From the NCBI GenBank assembly GCA_964016885.1, contig CAXHJY010000928.1, forward strand, positions 744,001 to 808,000: a DNA stretch of 64,000 nucleotides. Direction: 5' to 3'. Within the stretch, counting starts at the first letter, position 1; the number at the start of each line of letters is the position of its first letter. The notes beneath the pieces were generated by a model. The model had not been told where the DNA came from. It did not search any database and saw nothing but the letters and a program-made list of their open reading frames with translations. This DNA is from Eledone cirrhosa. Taxonomy: Eukaryota. The translations under genes and the position numbers were made by a program. Of this stretch, positions 53,201 to 64,000 are shown in pieces.

Positions 53201-56200
53201 AATTACTGGGAGTCAAACTACTGGGAGATAAATTACTGGGTGTTAAATTACTGGGAGTCAAATTACTGGTAGATAAATTACTGGGAGATAAATTAGTGGG
53301 AGTTAAATTACTGGGAGATAAATTGCTGGGAGTTAAATTACTGGGAGATAAATTACTGGGAGTCAAATTACTGGGAGATAAATTACTGGGAGTCAGATTA
53401 CTGGGAGTTAAATTACTGGGAAATAAATTACTGGGAGTTAAATTACTGGGAGTTAAATTACTGGGAGTCAAATTACTGGGAGATAAATTACTGGGAGTCA
53501 AATTACTGGGAGATAAATTACTGGGAGTCAAATTACTGGGAGTTAAATTACTGGGAGATAAATTACCGGGAGTTAAATTACTGGGAGTCAAATTACTGGG
53601 AGATAAATTACTGGGACTCAAATTACTGGGAGATAAATTACTGGGAGTCAAATTACTGGGAGATAAATTACTGGGAGTTAAATTACTGGGAGTCAAATTA
53701 CTGGGAGATAAATTACTGGGAGTCAAACTACTGGGAGATAAATTACTGGGAGATAAATTAATGGGAGATAAATTACTGGGAGATAAATTACTGGGATTCA
53801 AATTACTGCGAGATAAATTACTGGGAGTCAAATTACTGGGAGATAAATTACTGGGAGTTAAATTACTGGGAGAGAAATTACTGGGAGAGAAATTACTGGG
53901 AGTCAAATTACAGGGAGATAAATTACTGGGAGTCAAATTACTGGGAGATATATTACTGGGAGTTAAATTACTGGGAGATAAATTACTGGGAGTCAAATTA
54001 CTGCGAGATAAAATACTGGGAGTCAAATTACTGCGAGATAAATTACTGGAAGTTAAATTAGTGGGAGATAAATTACTGGGAGATAAATTACTGGGAGTCA
54101 AATTACTGGGAGATAAATTACTGGGAGTTAAATTACTGGGAGTCAAATTACTGGGAGATAAATTACTGGGAGTCAAACTACTGGGAGATAAATTACTGGG
54201 AGATAAATTAATGGGAGATAAATTACTGGGAGATAAATTACTGGGATTCAAATTACTGCGAGATAAATTACTGGGAGTCAAATTACTGGGAGATAAATTA
54301 CTGGGAGTTAAATTACTGGGAGATAAATTACTGGGAGAGAAATTACTGGGAGTCAAATTACAGGGAGATAAATTACTGGGAGTCAAATTACTGGGAGATA
54401 TATTACTGGGAGTTAAATTACTGGGAGATAAATTACTGGGAGTCAAATTACTGCGAGATAAAATACTGGGAGTCAAATTACTGCGAGATAAATTACTGGG
54501 AGTTAAATTAGTGGGAAATAAATTACTGGGAGGTAAATAACTGGGAGATAAATTACTGGAGTCAAATTACTGGGAGATAAATTACTGGGAGTTAAATTAC
54601 TGGGAGATAAATTACTGGGAGTAAAAATTACTGGGAGATAAATTACTGGGAGTTAAATTACTGGGAGATAAATTACTGGGAGTAAAAATTACTGGGAGAT
54701 AAATTACTGGGAGTCAAATTACTGGGAGATAAATTACTGGGAGATAAATTACTGGGAGATAAATTACTGGGAGTTAAATTATTGGGAGATAAATTACTGT
54801 GAGTCAAATTACTGGGAGATAAATTACTGAGAGTCAAATTACTGGGAGTTATATTACTGGGAGTCAAATTATGGGAGTCAAATTACTGGGAGATAAATTA
54901 CTGGGAGTCAAATTACTGGGAGATATATTACTGGGAGTCAAATTACTGCGAGATAAATTACTGGGAGTCAAATTACTGGGAGATAAATTACTGGGAGTTA
55001 AATTACTGGGAGTCAAATTACTGGGAGATAAATTACTGGGAGTCAAACTACTGGGAGATAAATTACTGGGAGATAAATTAATGGGAGATAAATTACTGGG
55101 AGATAAATTACTGGGATTCAAATTACTGCGAGATAAATTACTGGGAGTCAAATTACTGGGAGATAAATTACTGGGAGTTAAATTACTGGGAGATAAATTA
55201 CTGGGAGAGAAATTACTGGGAGTCAAATTACAGGGAGATAAATTACTGAGAGTCAAATTACTGGGAGTTATATTACTGGGAGTCAAATTATGGGAGATAA
55301 ATTACTGGGAGATAAATTACTGGGACTCAAATTACTGGGAGATAAATTACTGGGACTCAAATTAGTGGGAGATAAATTACTGGGAGTCAAATTACTGGGA
55401 GATAAATTACTGGGAGTTAAATTACTGGGAGTCAAATTACTGGGAGATAAATTACTGGGAGTCAAACTACTGGGAGATAAATTACTGGGAGATAAATTAA
55501 TGGGAGATAAATTACTGGGAGATAAATTACTGGGATTCAAATTACTGCGAGATAAATTACTGGGAGTCAAATTACTGGGAGATAAATTACTGGGAGTTAA
55601 ATTACTGGGAGATAAATTACTGGGAGAGAAATTACTGGGAGTCAAATTACAGGGAGATAAATTACTGGGAGTCAAATTACTGGGAGATATATTACTGGGA
55701 GTTAAATTACTGGGAGATAAATTACTGGGAGTCAAATTACTGCGAGATAAAATACTGGGAGTCAAATTACTGCGAGATAAATTACTGGGAGTTAAATTAG
55801 TGGGAAATAAATTACTGGGAGGTAAATAACTGGGAGATAAATTACTGGAGTCAAATTACTGGGAGATAAATTACTGGGAGTTAAATTACTGGGAGATAAA
55901 TTACTGGGAGTAAAAATTACTGGGAGATAAATTACTGGGAGTTAAATTACTGGGAGATAAATTACTGGGAGTAAAAATTACTGGGAGATAAATTACTGGG
56001 AGTCAAATTACTGGGAGATAAATTACTGGGAGATAAATTACTGGGAGATAAATTACTGGGAGTTAAATTATTGGGAGATAAATTACTGTGAGTCAAATTA
56101 CTGGGAGATAAATTACTGAGAGTCAAATTACTGGGAGTTATATTACTGGGAGTCAAATTACTGGGAGATAAATTACTGGGAGTCAAATTACTGGGAGATA

Positions 56201-59200
56201 TATTACTGGGAGTCAAATTACTGCGAGATAAATTACTGGGAGTCAAATTACTGCGAGATAAATTACTGGGAGTTAATTACTGGGAGTTAAATTACTGGGA
56301 GATAAATTGCTGGGAGTTAAATTACTGGGAGATAAATTACTGGGAGATAAATTACTGGGAGATAAATTACTGGGAGTTAAATTATTGGGAGATAAATTAC
56401 TGTGAGTCAAATTACTGGGAGATAAATTACTGGGAGTCAAATTACTGGGAGATAAATTACTGGGAGTCAAATTACTGGGAGATATATTACTGGGAGTCAA
56501 ATTACTGCGAGATAAATTACTGGGAGTCAAATTACTGCGAGATAAATTACTGGGAGTCAAATTACTGGTAGATAAATTACTGGGAGTCAAATTACTGGGA
56601 GATAAATTACTGGGAGATAAATTACTGGGAGATAAATTACTGGGAGTCAAATTACTGGGAGTTAAATTATTGGGAGATAAATTACTGGGAGTCAAATTAC
56701 TGGGAGATAAATTACTGGGAGTCAAATTACTGGGAGATAAATTACTGGGAGTCAAATTACTGGGAAATAAATTACTGGGAGTCAAATTACTGCGAGATAA
56801 ATTACTGGGAGTTAAATTACTGGGAAATAAATTACTGGGAGGTAAATTACTGGGAGATAAATTACTGGGAGTCAAATTACTGGGAGATAAATTACTGGGA
56901 GTTAAATTACTGGGAGATAAATTACTGGGAGTAAAAATTACTGGGAGATAAATTACTGGCAGTTAAATTACTGGGAGTCAAATTACTGGGAGTCAAACTA
57001 CTGGGAGATAAATTACTGGGTGTTAAATTACTGGGAGTCAAATTATTGGGAGATAAATTACTGGGAGTCAAATTACTGGTAGATAAATTACTGGGAGTTA
57101 AATTACTGGGAGATAAATTACTGGGAGATAAATTACTGGGAGATAAATTAGTGGGAGTTAAATTACTGGGAGATAAATTGCTGGGAGTTAAATTACTGGG
57201 AGATAAATTACTGGGAGTCAAATTACTGGGAGATAAATTACTGGGAGTCAGATTACTGGGAGTTAAATTACTGGGAAATAAATTACTGGGAGTTAAATTA
57301 CTGGGAGTTAAATTACTGGGAGTCAAATTACTGGGAGATAAATTACTGGGAGTCAAATTACTGGGAGATAAATTACTGGGAGTCAAATTACTGGGAGTTA
57401 AATTACTGGGAGATAAATTACCGGGAGTTAAATTACTGGGAGTCAAATTACTGGGAGATAAATTACTGGGACTCAAATTACTGGGAGATAAATTACTGGG
57501 ACTCAAATTAGTGGGAGATAAATTACTGGGAGTCAAATTACTGGGAGATAAATTACTGGGAGTTAAATTACTGGGAGTCAAATTACTGGGAGATAAATTA
57601 CTGGGAGTCAAACTACTGGGAGATAAATTACTGGGAGATAAATTAATGGGAGATAAATTACTGGGAGATAAATTACTGGGATTCAAATTACTGCGAGATA
57701 AATTACTGGGAGTCAAATTACTGGGAGATAAATTACTGGGAGTTAAATTACTGGGAGATAAATTACTGGGAGAGAAATTACTGGGAGTCAAATTACAGGG
57801 AGATAAATTACTGGGAGTCAAATTACTGGGAGATATATTACTGGGAGATAAATTACTGGGAGTCAAATTACTGCGAGATAAAATACTGGGAGTCAAATTA
57901 CTGCGAGATAAATTACTGGGAGTTAAATTAGTGGGAAATAAATTACTGGGAGGTAAATAACTGGGAGATAAATTACTGGAGTCAAATTACTGGGAGATAA
58001 ATTACTGGGAGTTAAATTACTGGGAGATAAATTACTGGGAGTAAAAATTACTGGGAGATAAATTACTGGGAGTTAAATTACTGGGAGTCAAATTACTGGG
58101 AGTCAAATTACTGGGAGATAAATTACTGGGTGTTAAATTACTGGGAGATAAATTACTGGGAATCAAATTACTGGGAGATAAATTACTGGGAGTCAAATTA
58201 CTGGGAGTCAAATTACTGGGAGATAAATTACTGGGAGATAAATTACTGGGAGATAAATTACTGGGAGTTAAATTATTGGGAGATAAATTACTGTGAGTCA
58301 AATTACTGGGAGATAAATTACTGAGAGTCAAATTACTGGGAGTTATATTACTGGGAGTCAAATTATGGGAGATAAATTACTGGGAGTCAAATTACTGGGA
58401 GATAAATTACTGGGAGTCAAATTACTGTGAGTTAAATTACTGGGAGATAAATTACTGGGAGTCAAATTACTGGGAGATAAATTACTGGGAGATAAATTAC
58501 TGTGGATTAAATTACTGGGAGATAAATTACTGGGAGTTAAATTACTGGGAGATAAATTACTTGGAGTCAAATTACTGTGAGTTAAATTACTGGGAGATAA
58601 ATTACTGGGAGTCAATTACTGGGAGATAAATTACTGGGAGATAAATTACTGTGGATTAAATTACTGGGAGATAAATTACTGGGAGTTAAATTACTGGGAG
58701 ATAAATTACTGGGAGATAAATTACTGGGAGTTAAATTACTGGGAGATAAATTACTGGGAGTTAAATTACTGGGAGATAAATTACTGGGAGTTAAATTACT
58801 GGGAGATAAATTACTGGGAGTCAAATTACTGGGAGATAAATTACTGGGAGTCAAATTACTGGGAAATAAATTACTGGGAGTCAAATTACTGCGAGATAAA
58901 TTACTGGGAGTTAAATTACTGGGAAATAAATTACTGGGAGGTAAATTACTGGGAGATAAATTACTGGGAGTCAAATTACTGGGAGATAAATTACTGGGAG
59001 TTAAATTACTGGGAGATAAATTACTGGGAGTAAAAATTACTGGGAGATAAATTACTGGCAGTTAAATTACTGGGAGTCAAATTACTGGGAGTCAAATTAC
59101 TGGGAGATAAATTACTGGGAGTCAAATTACTGGGAGTCAAATTACTGGTAGATAAATTACTGGGAGTTAAATTACTGGGAGATAAATTACTGGGAGATAA

Positions 59201-62200
59201 ATTACTGGGAGATAAATTAGTGGGAGTTAAATTACTGGGAGATAAATTACTGGGAGAGAAATTACTGGGAGTCAAATTACAGGGAGATAAATTACTGGGA
59301 GTCAAATTACTGGGAGATATATTACTGGGAGTTAAATTACTGGGAGATAAATTACTGGGAGTCAAATTACTGCGAGATAAATTACTGGGAGTCAAATTAC
59401 TGCGAGATAAATTACTGGGAGTTAAATTAGTGGGAAATAAATTACTGGGAGGTAAATAACTGGGAGATAAATTACTGGAGTCAAATTACTGGGAGATAAA
59501 TTACTGGGAGTTAAATTACTGGGAGATAAATTACTGGGAGTAAAAATTACTGGGAGATAAATTACTGGGAGTTAAATTACTGGGAGTCAAATTACTGGGA
59601 GTCAAATTACTGGGAGATAAATTACTGGGTGTTAAATTACTGGGAGATAAATTACTAGGAATCAAATTACTGGGAGATAAATTACTGGGAGTCAAATTAC
59701 TGGGAGTCAAATTACTGGGAGATAAATTACTGGGAGATAAATTACTGGGAGATAAATTACTGGGAGTTAAATTATTGGGAGATAAATTACTGTGAGTCAA
59801 ATTACTGGGAGATAAATTACTGGGAGTTAAATTACTGGGAAATAAATTACTGGGAGGTAAATTACTGGGAGATAAATTACTGGAGTTAAATTACTGGGAG
59901 ATAAATTACTGGGAGTCAAATTACTGGGACATAAATTACTGGGAGTCAAATTACTGGGAGATAAATTACTGGGAGTCAAATTACTGGGAGTTAAATTACT
60001 GGGAGATAAATTACTGGGAGTTAAATTACTGGGAGTCAAATTATTGGGAGATAAATTACTGGGAGTCAAATTACTGGGAGATAAATTACTGGGAGTCAAA
60101 TTACTGGGAGTTAAATTACTGGGAGATAAATTACTGGGAGTTAAATTATTGGCAGTCAAATTACTGGGAGATAAATTACTGGGACTCAAATTACTGGGAG
60201 ATAAATTAATGGGAGGTAAATTACTGGGAGTTAAATTACTGGGAGTCAAATTACTGGGAGATAAATTACTGGGGGTCAAATTACTGGGAGATAAATTACT
60301 GGGAGAAAAATTACTGGGAGTCAAATTACTGGGAAATAAATTACTGGGAGTCAAATTATGGGAGTCAAATTACTGGGAGATAAATTACTGGGAGTCAAAT
60401 TACTGGGAGATAAATTACTGGGAGTCAAATTACTGCGAGATAAATTACTGGGAGTCAAATTACTGGTAGATAAATTACTGGGAGTCAAATTACTGGGAGA
60501 TAAATTACTGGGAGATAAATTACTGGGAGTCAAATTATTGGGAGATAAATTACTGGGAGTCAAATTACTGGGAGATAAATTACTGGGAGTCAAATTACTG
60601 GGAGATAAATTACTGGGAGTCAAATTACTGGGAAATAAATTACTGGGAGTCAAATTACTGCGAGATAAATTACTGGGAGTTAAATTACTGGGAAATAAAT
60701 TACTGGGAGATAAATTACTGGGAGTAAAAATTACTGGGAGATAAATTACTGGCAGTTAAATTACTGGGAGTCAAATTACTGGGAGTCAAATTACTGGGAG
60801 ATAAATTACTGGGTGTTAAATTACTGGGAGTCAAATTATTGGGAGATAAATTACTGGGAGTCAAATTACTGGTAGATAAATTACTGGGAGTTAAATTACT
60901 GGGAGATAAATTACTGGGAGATAAATTACTGGGAGTTAAATTACTGGGAGATAAATTACTGGGAGATAAATTACTGGGAGATAAATTAGTGGGAGTTAAA
61001 TTACTGGGAGATAAATTGCTGGGAGTTAAATTACTGGGAGATAAATTACTGGGAGTCAAATTACTGGGAGTCAGATTACTGGGAGTTAAATTACTGGGAA
61101 ATAAATTACTGGGAGTTAAATTACTGGGAGTTAAATTACTGGGAGTCAAATTACTGGGAGATAAATTACTGGGAGTCAAATTACTGGGAGATAAATTACT
61201 GGGAGTCAAATTACTGGGAGTTAAATTACTGGGAGATAAATTACTGGGAGTTAAATTACTGGGAGTCAAATTACTGGGAGATAAATTACTGGGACTCAAA
61301 TTACTGGGAGATAAATTAATGGGAAATAAATTACTGGGAGTCAAATTACTGGGAGATAAATTACTGGGAGATAAATTACTGGGAGTCAAATTACTGCGAT
61401 ATAAATTACTGGGAGTCAAATTACTGGGAGATAAATTACTGGGAGATAAATTACTGGGAGTTAAATTATTTTGAGATAAATTTCTGGGAATCAAATTACT
61501 GGGAGATAAATTACTGGGAGTCAAATTACTGGGAGTCAATTACTGGGAGATAAATTACTGGGAGATAAATTGCTGGGAGTTAAATTACTGGGAGTCAAAT
61601 TACTGGGAGATAAATTACTGGGGGTCAAATTACTGGGAGATAAATTACTGGGAGAAAAATTACTGGGAGTCAAATTACTGGGAGATAAATTACTGGGAGT
61701 TAAATTACTGGGAGATAAATTACTGGGAGTAAAAATTACTAGGAGATAAATTACTGGGAGTTAAATTACTGAGAGTCAAATTACTGGGAGATAAATTACT
61801 GGGAGATAAATTACTGGGAGTCAAATTACTGGGAGATAAATTACTGGGAGATAAATTACTGGGAGTTAAATTATTGGGAGATAAATTACTGGGAGTCAAA
61901 TTACTGGGAGATAAATTACTGGGAGTCAAATTACTGGGAGATAAATTACTGGGAGTCAAATTACTGGGAAATAAATAACTGGGAGTCAAATTACTGCCAG
62001 ATAAATTACTGGGAGTTAAATTACTGGGAAATAAATTACTCGGAGGTAAATTACTGGGAGATAAATTACTGGGAGTAAAAATTACTGGGAGATAAATTAC
62101 TGGCAGTTAAATTACTGGGAGTCAAATTACTGGGAGTCAAATTACTGGGAGATAAATTACTGGGTGTTAAATTACTGGGAGTCAAATTATTGGGAGATAA

Positions 62201-64000
62201 ATTACTGGGAGTCAAATTACTGGGAGATAAATTACTGGGAGTCAAATTACTGGGAGTTAAATTACTGGGAGATAAATTACTGGGAGTTAAATTATTGGCA
62301 GTCAAATTACTGGGAGATAAATTACTGGGACTCAAATTACTGGGAGATAAATTAATGGGAGGTAAATTACTGGGAGTTAAATTACTGGGAGTCAAATTAC
62401 TGGGAGATAAATTACTGGGGGTCAAATTACTGGGAGATAAATTACTGGGAGAAAAATTACTGGGAGTCAAATTACTGGGAAATAAATTACTGGGAGTTAA
62501 ATTACTGGGAGATAAATTACTGGGAGTAAAAATTACTGGGAGATAAATTACTGGGAGTTAAATTACTGAGAGTCAAATTACTGGGAGTCAAATTATTGGG
62601 AGATAAATTACTGGGTGTTAAACTACTGGGAGTCAAATGACTGGGAGATAAATTACTGGGAGTCAAATTACTGGTAGATAAATTACTGGGAGTCAAATTA
62701 CTGGGAGATAAATTACTGGGAGATAAATTACTGGGAGTCAAATTACTGGGAGATAAATTACTGGGAGATAAATTACTGGGAGTCAAATTACTGCGAGATA
62801 AATTACTGGGAGTCAAATTACTGGGAGATAAATTACTGGGAGATAAATTACTGGGAGTTAAATTATTGGGAGATAAATTACTGGGAATCAAATTACAGGG
62901 AGGTAAATTACTGGGAGTCAAATTACTGGGAGATATATTACTGGGAGTTAAATTACTGGGAGATAAATTACTGGGAGTCAAATTACTGGGAGATAAATTA
63001 CTGGGAGTCAAATTACTGGGAGGCAAACTACTGGGAGATAAATTACTGGGAGTCAAATTACTGGGAGATAAATTACTGGGAGTCAAATTACTGGGAGATA
63101 AATTACTGGGAGTCAAATTACTGCGAGATAAATTACTGGGAGTTAAATTACTGGGAGATAAATTACTGGGAAATAAATTACTGGGAGATAAATTACTGGG
63201 AGTCAAATTACAGGGAGATAAATTACTGGGAGTCAAATTAGTGGGAGATAAATTACTGGGAGTTAAATTACTGGGAGATAAATTGCTGGGAGTTAAATTA
63301 CTGGGAGTCAAATTACTGGGAGATAAATTACTGGGAGTCAAATTACTGGGAGTTAAATTAATGGGAGTTAAATTACTGGGAGATAAATTGCTGGGAGTTA
63401 AATTACTGGGAGTCAAATTACTGGGAGATAAATTACTGGGGGTCAAATTACTGGGAGATAAATTACTGGGAGAAAAATTACTGGGAGTCAAATTACTGGG
63501 AGATAAATTACTGGGAGTTAAATTACTGGGAGATAAATTACTGGGAGTAAAAATTACTAGGAGATAAATTACTGGGAGTTAAATTACTGAGAGTCAAATT
63601 ACTGGGAGATAAATTACTGGGAGATAAATTACTGGGAGTCAAATTACTGGGAGATAAATTACTGGGAGATAAATTACTGGGAGTTAAATTATTGGGAGAT
63701 AAATTACTGGGAGTCAAATTACTGGGAGATAAATTACTGGGAGTCAAATTACTGGGAGATAAATTACTGGGAGTCAAATTACTGGGAAATAAATTACTGG
63801 GAGTCAAATTACTGCCAGATAAATTACTGGGAGTTAAATTACTGGGAAATAAATTACTCGGAGGTAAATTACTGGGAGATAAATTACTGGGAGTAAAAAT
63901 TACTGGGAGATAAATTACTGGCAGTTAAATTACTGGGAGTCAAATTACTGGGAGTCAAATTACTGGGAGATAAATTACTGGGTGTTAAATTACTGGGAGT
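17216..64000 (+). repeat. 15-bp tandem satellite AAATTACTGGGAG(AT/TC/TT), >=46.8 kb (~3100 monomers), continuing past the window end, with higher-order repeats
   Basis: Uninterrupted head-to-tail monomers in one orientation, with three major variants and recurrent rare variants/1-bp indels. ORF-track coordinates recur at offsets of 1169, 6956, 6791 and 1818 bp. Confidence 0.99.

Noticed and set aside
17198-63913. Dozens of ORFs encoding (KLLGD/V)n, (SNLS/TP)n or (NYWEI)n up to 469 aa
   Set aside because: They follow from a 15-bp unit lacking stops in some frames. They use non-ATG starts, are open on both strands, are broken by recurrent 1-bp indels, and have no unique N- or C-terminal domain or splice context.
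17216-64000. CRISPR-like array
   Set aside because: The variable part is only 2 nt, there are no unique spacers or cas genes, and the context is eukaryotic.
17216-64000. Telomeric repeat tract made by telomerase
   Set aside because: It is G-rich on one strand, but it is not TTAGGG-like, and exact multi-kb higher-order copies of rare variants indicate recombination or replication-based copying rather than templated addition. A subtelomeric location remains possible.

Overview
Eukaryotic (metazoan) repeat-dense window with no host gene that I can support. The RTE 3' tails and TA/CA microsatellite style suggest a mollusc/cephalopod, but that is inference. 1-17.2 kb is a nested transposon cluster. 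It holds a decayed Helitron RepHel (1-3786), a near-full-length RTE-clade LINE with a PHD-type finger inside its RT (4771-8580), and a second Helitron that has lost its Rep nuclease domain (8636-12840) and carries a ~0.6-kb RTE-derived non-autonomous retroelement. There are also at least five short Helitron pieces (two complete with both termini, the 3' hairpin-CTAG end shared across the cluster) and further degenerate RTE copies. The LINE and the second Helitron both interrupt one palindromic (TA)/ACACACAGAAAT repeat array. 17.2-64 kb (running off the window) is a single-orientation 15-bp satellite, AAATTACTGGGAG(AT/TC/TT). It starts at an inverted fold-back monomer and is organised into nested higher-order repeats (~30 bp, 1169 bp, 6956 bp, 6791 bp, ~5 kb, 1818 bp), with a homogeneous core and a more divergent distal layer. 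The many long ORFs in the satellite are by-products of a stop-free 15-mer.
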